Positions 27,435-42,440 of a stretch of DNA of 64,000 nt are shown here, one piece after another. Below the pieces are notes generated by a model. It saw only the letters and a program-made list of their open reading frames with translations, had not been told where the DNA came from and ran no database searches. Every line of letters begins with the position of its first letter. The stretch's first letter is position 1. The translations under genes and the position numbers were made by a program. This stretch comes from Octopus vulgaris (lineage: Eukaryota), in NCBI GenBank assembly GCA_951406725.2, contig OX597830.1, positions 66,030,001 to 66,094,000 of the forward strand, read 5' to 3'.

Positions 27435-27790
27435 CTTGCAAGTTACTCGGGTGACTCTGCCAGTGCTGATGCCATGTAAAAGGCACCGGTGATGGTGCCA
27501 TGCAAAAAGCACCAGTGATGGTGCCACATGACACACATGAAAAACACTTGTGCTGGTGCCATGTAAAAAGCACTAGTGTTGGTACCACACAAAAAGCACT
27601 GGTGCTGGTGCCATGTAAAAAGCACTGGTACTGGTGCCACATATGAAAAGCACCCAGTGCTCTCTGTAAAGTGGCTGGTGTTAGGAAGGATATCCAGGCG
27701 TAGAAACCATCCTGAAACTGGCAAAGGAGCCTGGTGCAGCCCTTGGCCTAACTAGCTCCCTTCAAACCTATGCTAGTATCGATGACATAC
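27435..27790 (+). mobile_element. SINE family C with ~27-bp internal tandem repeats
   Basis: TGCTGGTGCCATGTAAAAAGCAC repeated about 7 times, then GGTGTTAGGAAGGATATCCAG. Confidence 0.7.
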
Positions 27791-28540
27791 GAATAGAACA
27801 GAGTGGTGACATTTAGTAGAGATGACCCAGAAGTTGTTCCTCTTTGATTACTATCGCAAACGGCAGTAGCTTTCTTTAACTGAATACATGACGTTGATTG
27901 GTTGAAATTACCCAAATACGACAACTTCAAAAATACCAAATTTTGTCAAAAATGTTCAAAGTAAACCGTGTTCTGCATGAGACATTCCACCAATATATGA
28001 AGTTTCAAACTGTTCAGTTAAAAAAAAAATTAATTGAAAAAATCTGTGCACCAAACTGAACAGATCCAACAGATGTTAAATGATGATGATGATGAATGAA
28101 TGGATGCTTGCAAAAGGCCTAGGTTAACCCAGGGCTATAGTAGAAGAGACGTGTCCCAAGTGCTACACAGTGTCACTGAGTCCAAAACAATATGGTTGGA
28201 AAGTAAACTTTTTACTATATTTCTCAGTATACTAGTTAAATTTTTCAAACCAAAATTTACAGCCAAAAGACGGGTATTTTAATCCTCTCTCAAAGAATCT
28301 TTGAATTACAAATTACTTGTTGACCCTGTCAGCGCTGGTGCTACATAAAAAGCATCCAGTCCACACTGTAAAGTGGTTAGTGTTTGGAAGGGTATCCAGC
28401 TGTGAAAAGAAAAAAAAAAACATGCCAAAACTGACCTTGCCTGTGTTGGTGCCATATAAAAAGCACGCAGTCCACTCTACATAGTGGTTGGTGTTAGGAA
28501 GGGCATCCAGCCATAAAAGCCATGTCAAAACAGACAGCAT

Positions 28541-28840
28541 GGAGGCGCAATGGCCCAGTGGTTAGGGCAGCGGACTCGCGGTCGGAAGATCGCAGTTTCG
28601 ATTCTCAGACTGGGCGTTGTGTGTGTTTATTGAGTGAAAACACTTAAAAGCTCCACGAAGCTCCAGCAGGGGGTAGTGGCAACCTCTGTTGTACTCTTTC
28701 GCCACAACTTTCTCTCGCTCTTTCTTCCTGTTTCTTGAGTAACACTGTGATGAACTGGCATCCCGTCCAGCTGGGGGGTGGGGGGACACATACGCCACAG
28801 AAACCGGGCCCATGAGCCTGGCTAGGCTTGAAAAGGGCAA
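28541..28840 (+). mobile_element. OR-like SINE, tail type 2, nested in a family C SINE
   Basis: Same head as 12745; tail CCCATGAGCCTGGCTAGGCTTGAAAAGG (also at 15770); AAAACAGACAGCA duplicated on both sides. Confidence 0.85.
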
Positions 28841-29646
28841 AAAAGAAAAGAAAAAAACAGACAGCAAAGCATGGTGCAATCTTCCACGTAGCCAGCTCCT
28901 GTCAAACCGTCCAACCCATTCCAGTATAGAAAGCAGATGTTAAATTATGATGATGATGATGATAGTGTGATTTGAGGGAAGCTTTTACTGCTATCTCTAG
29001 CAAGTTGAGTGACCACATAAAAGATAGAGGGTGTCTTGGTAATGGTGGTCTTAGCAAAAGTTGGTGGCAACATTTAGCGATGCTGGTGATGGTAATGATG
29101 ATGGTGATGATGATGGTACTACTGCATGTAAAAATATATGAAACTACAACTCCATTGTGTATCATATTGTCAAACAGCAAAAGAAAGAAAGAAAGAAAGA
29201 AACAGTTATTTTACACAATTCACGCAACAAACACCTTTCTATGACTACCAAACAATGCATTTTGAAATACAATTACAATTCTCGGACTATACAATAATAG
29301 TAATTCTGGCCACACTGGAAAACTGCCCAGACATGTTTAGGAAAGAAAAAAAAAAACCCATTTAGTTGGCATTGCATGTGTTTTGGCAAATACATTACAC
29401 TTGCTTCAATATCGGTCGGTGTAATATATAATAATGTCAAAGAACATAATCTAATTCTTCATAATGTCAATTCTCTGCCAGAAATATCAGCTTCTCTTTG
29501 GAAACAGTGGCAACATTTTTGTACCAGATGTTAAATTTATTTTAGTCAGATATGCAACATGCAATGGTTAATGGTTTCCTATTTCACCAAGAGAATTCTA
29601 TTATTTTTTTTTTAATTGATGGCAACTTATTGCATTTGGAACAATA

Positions 29647-29817
29647 GGCATAGGAGTGGCTGTGTGGTAAGTAGCTTGCTTACCAACCGCAGGGTTCCGG
29701 GTTCATTCCCACTGCGTGGCATCTTCGGCAAGTGTCTTCTACTATAGCCTCAGGCCGACCAAAGCCTTGTGAGTAGATTTGGTAGACAGAAACTGAAAGA
29801 AGCCCGTCGTATATATG

Positions 29818-29848
<31 letters not shown>

Positions 29849-30065
29849 ATGTTGTGTGTGTGTGTGTTTGTTCCCCAACATCGCTTGACAATCGATGCTG
29901 GTGTATTTACATCCCCATAACTTAGCGGTTCAGCAAAAGAGACTGATAGAATAAGTACTAGGCTTACAAAGAATAGGTCCTGGGGTCGATTTGCTCGACT
30001 AAAGGCGGTGCTCCAGCATGGCCACGGTCAAATGACTGAAACAAGTAAAAGAGTAAAGAGAGTAA
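29647..30065 (+). mobile_element. SINE family A, full length
   Basis: Head, central microsatellite and tail all present. Confidence 0.9.
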
Positions 30066-33000
30066 CAATAATTCTTTCTACGAGAGGATCAAGACCTGAA
30101 ATGTTGGAGGAGGGGACTACATCGGTTACTTCAACCTCTATACTTAACTTGTGCTTATTTTATCCACCCCAAAAGGATTGAAAGGCAAAGTCAATTTAAG
30201 TAGAATTTGAACTCGGTGTTTAAAGATAATTGAAACTCTGCCAAGTACTTTCTCCGATGTTCTAACAATTCTACCAGTTCACCAACTTAATGATGATAAT
30301 AATAATAATATGCCCTGATGTAGTACCAGGCAGTGGCTCTCATGGTTTCTGATCTTAGCTGATTGGAAGTGCTATCATGTACATTGTTTTGTCTTAGTAT
30401 AAAAGAAGGGCTACAGCAAATATTCTGCTCAATACCACAGATTTGCTTGTCAGTTGTTTGACCATAACCAGTTGAGCATGTCTCCTATGTGCATCTCTGA
30501 TCATGAGCAGAAGTAGTTGGGGAGCATAGCCATGTGTTGAGAGGAATTCTTTGGAGTTTGGATAATTCACCTTTGGAAACATAGGTGTTTCGTTCAACAT
30601 CCTTAAACAACCCTTATTCAAGGACCTTTTGAGTGGTATGGGCTACTCAACCCGAAGAAAATTCTAACTGGGCCCCACCTGCAAGGTCATGCATTGTTTA
30701 TCTTGATATGAGATCACCATGTCATGCACATATGGTTGTGATGCATGTGCCTGGTGTACCCTTATCAGACAGGTAGTCATGATGGGTATACTGGGCTTCA
30801 TATATTTTACCCCAGTGTCACTTCAACGGCATGCACTGCTCTCTCACTCAATAATAAGGTACAGGAGTAGCTGTGTGGTTAGAAATTTATTTCCTAACTA
30901 TATTGCTTCAGGTTTAGTCCCACAATGTGGAACTTTAAGCAAATGTCTTCTACTATAGCCCCGGGCCAACCAAAGTCTTGTGAGTGGATTTTAACTTAAA
31001 GAAGCACATCATATATACATGTATGTATGTATGTATATATATATATATATATATTGAGCCAAGTTCAATGACTGGCACCCATGCCCGTGGAGCGCTAACA
31101 ACTCCATCCAAGCGGGATCACTGCCAGAGCAGCTGTCTGGCTTCCATACCAGTGGCACGTAAAAAACACCATTTGAGCATGATCATTACTAGCGCCGCCT
31201 TACTAGCACTTGTGCCGGTGGCACATGAACAAAACATTCGAGTGAGGTCGTTGCCAGTGCCACTGGACTGACTCCTGTGCAGGTGGCACATAAAAGACAC
31301 CATTTGAGCGTGGCCATTGCCAGTACTGCCAGACTGGCACATAAAAGCACCCACTACACTCTCGGAGTGGCTGACATTAGGAAGGGCATCCAGCTACCAA
31401 TCCTTATCCTCGTTGAAATATTGTCCAGTGAAAAAAATTAATAAATAACACAGTTCCAAAATAGAGCATAGCTCACCTAGTTTGTGGGTCTTCTATCATC
31501 AGTCTTGTCCAGATGTAATATATCTGGGGGGAGCCCTACCTGTCTAACCTCTGGCCAGAATCTAGCAGCATATACTCTAGTTCAACTATGTCCATCCGAA
31601 GTGGTAGCTAAAGGGGAAAAGAGGCCTACACTGATTGTCCTTCTGCTTACCTTATGTTACTGGCCCTACATTTCTAGCAATTCCCCCCTCGCCCCACATA
31701 TATTGACATTTATTTACAATCTGAAAATTTTAAATATATCTTCCACATTCAAAGTTTGCAATCCTCAGATGGTTTTCTTGCAGTTTTATTGGTGATAAAT
31801 GCTGTCTACAGCAATTCGAATATGTTACCGACCATCATAGCTGGGAGATTTTTATTCACCATCACAATCTGTGCAAGACAACTGTCAAGAAATGAACAGA
31901 TGCCATTTCACACCATATGCTCTGCAAGCTCTCCCCCACCACCACCACCAAATTGCAACCTTGTTTTCTATAACTTTTGCAGAATCCTCCTATTTGCTCC
32001 TCCTCAACCAAAACGGCTTTATAAATAGCACTGCTGTTGATAACCTCTCAATATTTATTGCTCACTTACCTTCCAGCTCCACATGACACACACACAAAAC
32101 CTTACCTTGTACCTACAGACCCCAGGTACAATCACTTTCACCAAAGGTGATAAATCCCGATTGTCTCCCTTCTTTTATCTTCAAACAGTACTCAAAACCA
32201 ATGCTTCTCAAACTATCTGATGTGGCATACTGGTAGTTTTTTTTTTTTTTTTTTCCAATGTGCCAGGGACCAGTAATATTTCTTAGTAATATTAATTTAT
32301 TGTGTGTCATGGCTAGCTAGAGGCAATGGCCTCTTGGAGCTAATCACCGGCAGCTTTCGTCCTATATTTCTGGACTGCCATGTTAGCTTGGCGATAACTA
32401 TTAATATCCCGTACTGCTGACCATAGTCTCGTTTAGAGAGACTTAGAAATTTTAATATTTCTATTAATATATATAATGAATATAATAAAAGTTGACAATT
32501 TTATCTTATATTTATTCTGTAAACAAATAATACAATATTACATAAGCATTTTATAAGGTTTCTTTCTTTTCTGGAAACTGAGTACCGACTGCTGATGGCT
32601 TTCGGACTGGCACTGGTCCGCAGACCACCACTTTGAGTAGCACTGATCTACACTACTTGCTTCTGTTCTCAAAAGAAAAAAAAATCTCTCTCTTGACTAC
32701 CTCTATCTATAGAAATATGCATGAATGAGTCCCACTCCCAAGAATGGTAACCTCTTTTACTCTGCAATCAACCAATCTTATAAACAACTATTTCCTCTAT
32801 TATTTAGAGTTTCTTTCCGTCCTTAGTTTGAAACAGTATGGTTTCTGTTGATCCAAATCAAATGTTTTCTCTATGTTATGAATCAGATTTTTCTTAATTT
32901 AAAAACTTTGGTAAAGCATTTGATATTAGTAAACTCTTTGACCACAACTAGGAAGTCATGCCTATGGTCTCCACCTGTCTCTGAACTCTTAAATTGGAAG

Positions 33001-33462
33001 TTTCCTGTCTGATAGTAGCTTCATCACAGCAGGCATTGTCAAATTTGACCCAAATTCCCTACTTCAAAGTTTGGTTAAATCCTCCACAATTTTTTTTCAG
33101 TTTACTAATGACCTACTTGTTGTTACTTCTAACTACACTTACTCCCATGCACATGACAACATCCTCCACTCTTCTTTAACCTTCTATAGACAGCTGTTAT
33201 CATTGTACAATTTAGATACCACACCCTAGCCATAAATTGGTTCCACAAATACCCACCAATGTGGAAATAAACTTGTTTTCTTTGAAAGCACAAGTACAAT
33301 AGCTATCACACATATCATAACTGACAGCTAAATCTATCAAAGCTGTTACAAATGCCACTCTTTATAATTTCTCATGATCATTCATGGGAACCACATAAGT
33401 ATATGTTTTCCAATTTCTTTTGCAAGATTCCTGATGTGTAATCATGTGTTGAAGTAGGGATG

Positions 33463-33778
33463 GTCATATTTTGGGTTGGTCATTTATTTATTTGGTCTTC
33501 ACTTCATATATATTATTGTTCTTATTTTATGCCCATTGTCTGGAAATCTTTTGTGAGGAGGAGACAGCACATGGGATGGGGAATCACTGAAGAGGTCTTT
33601 TATCACACATCCTGTGACCTCTTCAGCATTTCTCCATCCCATGGTGTCTCCACTTGACAAAAGATTTCCAGACAAAGGACATAAAATAGGAAAAATGGTA
33701 AATCTGAAGTGAAGAGTGAATAAATAGAGCCGTGTATTTATTTGGCAAAAAAACTAAAATGACCACCCCAAAGTATGA
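33463..33778. mobile_element. Fully palindromic foldback MITE-like element
   Basis: GTCATATTTTGGGTTGGTCATTT / AAATGACCACCCCAAAGTATGAC outer arms; TTGTCTGGAAATCTTTTGT / ACAAAAGATTTCCAGACAA; CTGAAGAGGTC / GACCTCTTCAG inner arms. Confidence 0.8.
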
Positions 33779-33961
33779 CAAACACATAAAAATTATATTC
33801 TAAATTTGTATCTAGAACACTTAGTTTCTTTTTTCAATACCGAAAGATATCTCGGCCAAGATCAATTATTGATCCTTTGCAAAGCTAAAATGAAACTCAC
33901 AGTAAAATACTGTTCATATAAACATAAACACCCTAAACCCTATAAAAATGACCATCTAGCA

Positions 33962-34214
33962 CAATGTTTCTGAACCATGTTTTACCTGTAGACCCCTTTG
34001 ATTTCTATTTTACTTGGATGGGTCCCTCCTAGCCATTCAATGTTAAAAACAATCCTATTTTCAAAATTAAATATTATTAGGAATTGTATAAAAATAATTA
34101 TTAAAATATATTGTGTATTGTAAAAGTATAACCAATTTATTGAGATATTTTAATAACAAAATCTTATATGAACCCCACCCCAAGGGCCATATGGACCCCA
34201 GTTAAGAACTACTG
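33962..34214. mobile_element. Degenerate hAT MITE
   Basis: CAATGTTTCTGAAC / GTTAAGAACTACTG termini; 8-bp TSD ATCTAGCA / ATCTAGCT. Confidence 0.7.
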
Positions 34215-34248
34215 ATCTAGCTTATCTGGTAAAAATTTTTAAAAAAAA

Positions 34249-34477
34249 GGCGAGCTGGCAGAAACGTTAACACGCCAGATGAAATGCTTAGCGGTATTTT
34301 GTCTGCCATTACGTTCTGAGTTCAAATTCCGCCGAGGTCGACTTTGCCTTTCAACCTTTTGGGGTTAATAAATTAAGAACCAGTTATGCACTGGGGTCAA
34401 TGTAATCAACTTAATCCCTTTGTCTGTCCTTGTTTGTCCCCTCTGTGTTTATCCCCTTGTGGGTAGTAAAGAAATAA
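34249..34477 (+). mobile_element. SINE family B, full length
   Basis: GGCGAGCTGGCAGAAACG... through AAAGAAATAAG; CTGGTAAAAATT on both flanks. Confidence 0.88.
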
Positions 34478-34741
34478 GAAACTGGTAAAAATTCATATAA
34501 ACATGTTACAACTTCTGACCCACATAATTACTTCTCTTTTCATCAATTTCACTGGTCAAAGAGGCTGGGGGGGTCATGAAAACTGCTCTCTTCCTCCAGA
34601 TCTAATAGTAAGTGAAAGGAAAAAAAAACCCTGAAGCACCATTCCATAATAAAGCCCTAAGAGGTGTATGTTCTAATGTTCCATAAGTGTTTGATAACAT
34701 TCTAATAACCTTCTTATAACCATTCACTACAGTTTTAACAG

Positions 34742-35055
34742 TACACATGGCTCAGTGGTTACATCGTTGGGCTCACAATCATGAGGTAGTGAGTTCGATT
34801 CCCAGACCAGGCTGTGTGTTGTGTTCTTGAGCAAGACACTTTATTTCACATTGCTCCAGTTCACTCATCTCTTTTACTTGTTTCAGTCATTTGACTGTGG
34901 CCATGCCGGAGCACTGCTTTTAGTCAAGAAAATCGATCCCAGGACTTACTCTTTGTAAGCCTTGTACTTATTCTATCGGTCTCTTTTGCTGAACTGTTAA
35001 GTTACGGGGACGTAAACACAACAGCATCAGTTGTCAAGTGATGTTGGGGGGACAA

Positions 35056-35106
<51 letters not shown>

Positions 35107-35465
35107 CGACTGGCTTCTTTCAGCTTCCGTCTACCAAATCCACTCCCAAGGCTTTGGTCGACTCGAGGCTATAGTAGATGACACTTGCCCAAGATGCCAC
35201 ACAGTGGGACTGAACCCAGAACCATATGGTTCGTAAGCAAGCTACTTACCATACAGCCACTCCGTTGAGATGAGTTGTAACATCAATAGTGCCAAGCTGT
35301 ATTAGCCTTTGCTTTTCCCTTGGATAACATCAGTGGCGTGGAGAGAGGACGCTGGTATGCATGGGCGAATGCTGGTTTTCCCTAAACAACCTTGCCTGGA
35401 CTTATGCCTCAGAGGGGATCTTTCTAGGTGCAATCCCATGGTCATTCTTGACCAACAGAGGTCTT
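34742..35465 (+). mobile_element. SINE family D interrupted by a minus-strand family A SINE (34869-35263)
   Basis: Alignment to 24510 breaks after CCAGTTCACTCA and resumes at GATGAGTTG. Confidence 0.85.
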
Positions 35466-35849
35466 TTTTTTTTTTCAACATTTTTAACAGTGATATGATG
35501 TGGAAACCCTTTTATATATGACTATGGTATAGTTCCAGCCATGACTCACCTGCACAATTACCTATTTTACTGGATTTAGGAAATAATAATACTAAGAATG
35601 CTCAAGATTGCACAAAAAAAAGAGAGAAAGTGAAATGATTTGATGTAAAAAAAAAGTGTGTGTGTGTGTGTAGGTACAATGGCTGTGTGGTTTAGAAGCT
35701 TGCTTTGTAGCCATGTGGTTTTTGGGTTCAATTCTGTTCCCTGGCACCTTGTGTGTGTGTCTTCTACTACTAGCCCCAGGCTGACCAATACCTTGTGAGT
35801 GAGATTTGACAGATGGAAGCTGTGAGGAAGCTTATTATGTGTGTGTATA

Positions 35850-36069
35850 TGAAGGGGTACTGAAAAGTTCTTGGCTTTGGGTAAAAGAAAATACAAGAGG
35901 ATCAGTTAATTATGATTTTATTCAACATATTCCCCTCTCAGAGTGACACACTTATTGCAGTGGTCTTTCAGTTTTTCTAAGCCCTGTAAAAGAACTCAGA
36001 GGTTGGGCCTCCAGCCTGGCCCTTCGCAATACCCTTAACCAATACCAGGAACTTGTCAGCACCTCCTCA
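35850..36069. mobile_element. mariner-type MITE inserted in a family A SINE microsatellite
   Basis: TA|TGAAGGGGTACTGAAAAGTTCTTGG ... CCAGGAACTTGTCAGCACCTCCTCA|TA. Confidence 0.8.
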
Positions 36070-36712
36070 TATGTCTGTGTGTGCTTGCCTTTGTCCCTGC
36101 CAACCAAAGTTGGTTTGTTTACATCCCTGTCAACTTAGTAACACAGCAAAATAAAAACGACAGAACACGTATCAGACTTAAAAACAAGTACTAGGGTTCA
36201 TTTGTTCCACTAAACCCTTCATAATGTTGACCTATCCTGGCTGCATTTCAGTGGCAGAAACAGTAAAAGATTCACCTTAGACCTTTATCTTCAGCCTCGG
36301 CTTTGTCTTATTTTCCCACCTTTTGTTCTATCCATTTTTCTATTTCTACCATCCTTCCACTTTTCTATCTGTCTTTCTACTTTCCTTTTCAAATCCTATG
36401 TGATATCATTTTTCATGTCCTTCTACACATCTTATCTTGATGCTGTCTCATAGCCTTAAGACCTTTATTGATATGTTTATATTGATACTTGTACCAGGCT
36501 GTCATTTGTTTGTTTTCATCACCATCTTTTACATTTGCTCATTTATTCACAGCAGCTTTCTGCTGTTGACTCCACCAAAATGAACAATTTTAGCATTAAA
36601 GACAAGGAATTTTTATGATCTTTGGATGATAACCAATGAGAGAAGAGCATGTCCAGTGCGTGAATTTACTGTCTGTTCTTTTGTTATTCTTCTGTGCAAT
36701 ATTTAAATTATA

Positions 36713-37080
36713 TCATCATCATCGTTTAGCGTCCACTTTCCATGCTGGCATGGGTTGGACGGTGCAACTGGGATCTGGGAAGCCAGAAGGCTGCACCAGG
36801 CTCCAGTCTGATCTGGCAATGTTTCTACGGCTGGATGCCCTTCTTAACGCCAACCACTCCGTGAGTGTAGTGGGTGCTTTTTACATGCCACCTGCACAGG
36901 TGCCAGACAAGTCTGGCAAACGGCCATGATCGGATGGTGCTTTTTACGTGCCACCGGCACGGAGGCCAGGCGAGGCTGGCAACGGCCTTGATCGGATGGT
37001 GCTTTTTACGTGCCACCGGCACGGAGGCCAGGCAAGGCTGGCAACGGCCACGATCGGATGGTGCTTTTTACGTGCCACCC
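36713..37080 (-). mobile_element. SINE family C with ~63-bp internal tandem repeats
   Basis: GATCGGATGGTGCTTTTTACGTGCCACC repeated three times. Confidence 0.8.
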
Positions 37081-37513
37081 AAATGTGGCTAGCCTTTAAG
37101 GGTCGCTGCTACTATAGCTTATAGCCCCAGGAATACATCTCCTCCAGCTGGCTATTGACACAGTATCTGTGCCCTATCAGTATTTGCAAAGGGAAGTCAT
37201 CGTTCCCATCTCCAGCCTGACGTGATACACATGGACCCGGGTTTCTGGGTATTGACCCATCATCAGCGTGTGACAACCACCGGTTGGCAATGGGAAATGG
37301 TTCTCAGTGCAAATATATATATATACTTTTCCCAGTGATGAAAAGTCACTGATCTTGAAAAAGTAGAAACAAGCAATAATGAATCTCTGAGCCAAATACA
37401 AACAGTAGCTGCACGACATCGTGAAGTATATTTACCACTTAAATGTGGATAACTCTTAAGGGTCGATGCTACTGTAGCTTGTAGCCCCAGGAAGACATCT
37501 CCTCCAGCTGGCT
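37081..37513 (-). mobile_element. Hammerhead-containing 360-nt unit with 73-nt direct repeats (retrozyme / Penelope-pLTR-like)
   Basis: 37081-37153 vs 37441-37513: ungapped, 8 mismatches in 73 nt; hammerhead motif inside. Confidence 0.75.
37222..37280 (-). ncRNA. Type I hammerhead ribozyme motif
   Basis: Minus strand GUGGU-UGU-CACACG-CUGAUGA-UGGGU-CAAU-ACCCA-GAA-ACCCGGGU-C-CAUGUG-U-AUCAC: full core, 5-bp stem II, palindromic stem III, GUC site. Confidence 0.88.
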
Positions 37514-37600
37514 TGGTAGTTAAGATAAATCCCAGCTGTTTCCTCTTGAAGCACATCCATTTATTCCATTTCTACAATCCAGTATGTAGTCACAGCTAGT

Positions 37601-37990
37601 GGAGGCGCAATGGCCCAGTGGTTAGGGCAGCGGACTCGCGGTCATAGGATCGTGGTTTCGATTCCCAGACCGGGCGTTGTGAGTGTTTATTGAGCGAAAA
37701 CACCTAAAAGCTCCACGAGGCTCCGGCAGGGGGTGGTGGTGATCCCTGCTGTACTCTTTCACCACAACTTTCTCTCACTCTTACTTCCTGTTTCTGTTGT
37801 ACCTGTATTTCAAAGGGCCGGCCTTGTCACTCTCTGTGTCACGCTGAATATCCCCCAGAACTACGTTAAGGGTACACGTGTCTGTGGAGTGCTCAGCCAC
37901 TTACACGTTAATTTTACGAGCAGGCTGTTCCGTTGATTCGGATCAACCGGAACTCTCGTCGTTGTAACTGACGGAGTGCTTCCACAACAG
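37601..37990 (+). mobile_element. OR-like SINE, tail type 3, full length and young
   Basis: Near identical to the reverse complement of 58528-58916; AGTCACAGCT / AGTCATAGCT flanks. Confidence 0.9.
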
Positions 37991-38489
37991 TCATAGCTGC
38001 TGATGTATGTTAGTCAAAATACATATTAAGTGAGAATTAGGGAAATATCAATTGTATAAAAAAAAACAGGATAACACCCACTTTCCTGTTTTGTTGTATA
38101 TATATATATTATTTTACTTGTTTTAGTCATTTGACTGTGGCCATGCTGGAGCAACGCCTTGAAGTGCTTTTGTTGAACAATTCAACCTCAGGGCTTATTC
38201 TTAAGCCTAGTACTTATTCTATCGGTCTCTTTGCCAAACCTCTGAATTCTGGGGATGTAAACACACCAATACCAGTTAAGGATGATGGGCAGAACAAACA
38301 CAGACACAAAGACACACACTCCTAGATACATACATATTTACATAATGGGCTCCTTTCAGCTTCTGTCTACCAAATCTACTCATAAGGCTTTGGTCGGCCC
38401 AAGGTGCCACACAATAGACTGAGCCTTTTTTGCCACACACACACACAATGAGCTCTATATTAAACACAGCTATACAATCTATACTCTCT

Positions 38490-38853
38490 CTTAACTCTTT
38501 TACTTGTTTCAGTCATTTGACTGCGGCCATGCTGGAGCACTGCCTTTAGTCGAGCTTTGTTCTTTGTAAGCCCAGGACTTATTCTATCGGTCTCTTTTGC
38601 CGAACCGCTAAGTGACGGGGATGTAAACACACCAGCATCGGTTGTCAAGCAATGCTAGGGAGACAAACACAGACACACAAATATATATATACGACAAGCT
38701 TCTTTCAGTTTCCTTCTACCAAATCCACTCACAAGGCATTGGTCGGCCCGAGGCTATAGCAGAAGACACTTGCCCAAGGTGCCACACAGTGGGACTGAAC
38801 CCGGAACCATGTGGTTGGTAAGCAAGCTACTTACCACACAGCCACTCCTGCAC
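38490..38853 (-). mobile_element. SINE family A
   Basis: Matches 21191-21575. Confidence 0.9.
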
Positions 38854-39324
38854 CTATGTGGTAGATAGTAGTTAAGTTTTTTTTGCAAACAAATTAATGT
38901 AAATACCATTAAAAGGTTAATTAATACATAATTACGGTAACGACAGAACAATATTAGTCAGCGATTAATAGTTATTTATTTCATCACAAGGCCATTATGT
39001 TTTTTTATGGTTTTGAAGGAGGATGTAGTCAATTTAGTTGACTTCAGTACTTAACTAGTACTTATTTTATTGCTCCCGGAACAAAGAGAAAATAAGCTGA
39101 CCCGGGTGGGATGTGAACTTGCGATGTAAATGGATGTAACTAAAGACTATAAGGCATTTTGTCTGCCACTAAGTTGATTTTGCCAATCCCATCATCACTT
39201 AGCGTCATTTCATCACTTGTGTACTAGGGGTCCAAAAGCCATAATGGATATACGAACACTGTACACTTTGATTAATATACCCACTCTATTGACAAATATA
39301 TGAGTGCATATTTTTTCTTCTTTA

Positions 39325-39537
39325 TGGGACCACGTGTGTACTGTTGGCGATTTTTTTTTTTTTTTTTTTTTTCCTCTGTCTTCCCTTCTCTGGATCTTTC
39401 CTTCTCCTATGTTTCCGACGAAGAGCTCCGCTCGAAACGTTAAACCCTCCTTCTTTCCTGAGCGTCCAATAATACTATATTTGTTCCATGTCCTCGTGTT
39501 GTTGTGTTTTTTTTCTGCTTTCATGTTTGGATTAACT
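39325..39537 (+). mobile_element. Penelope-pLTR-like fragment ending in a (TA)n tract
   Basis: Pyrimidine-rich element carrying a minimal hammerhead, then AATAAT and a (TA)n junction; left boundary uncertain. Confidence 0.55.
39411..39445 (+). ncRNA. Minimal type I hammerhead ribozyme motif (U4C variant)
   Basis: GUUU-CCGACGA-A-GAGC-UCC-GCUC-GAA-ACGU-U-AAAC: stem I GUUU/AAAC, stem II GAGC/GCUC, palindromic ACGU stem III. Confidence 0.65.
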
Positions 39538-39587
39538 ATATATATATATATATTGTTGATGTCAAGACTTTAGAAATTTCATGAACA

Positions 39588-42110
<2,523 letters not shown>

Positions 42111-42440
42111 AGTATGAAATGATACTTTTTTGGAATGGTGAATCTCAAAGCAAAAAAAAAAAACAGAAACCCTTTGGAAGAATGCCTGTCATGTTAACAG
42201 GAGATATGGGTTTGTGTCCCAGATGCAGCCCGCAACTTTTTCAATCCAAAGGGTTTTTGAACCCAATATTTACATGCTATTATTTATAGCTTTGTCTGCT
42301 TTTGTAATTCACTTTTACAAAAGAATTCATACACAGATTTTATTTCTTATGTGAATTCAACTCTTTCATAATCACGTGGTTTCAGGTTCAGTTATACCAC
42401 ACTGCATTTTGGGGCATATTGCCTTTTATTATCACCTTAA

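Noticed and set aside
27470-27660. Regularly spaced ~27-bp repeats resembling a CRISPR array
   Set aside because: No unique spacers, eukaryotic context, and internal to SINE family C
30310-30850. ~540-bp block flanked by AATAATAA that looks like an interspersed repeat
   Set aside because: Single copy in this window, no TIR or ORF motif, and I could not fit a ribozyme fold; cannot be classified from the sequence alone
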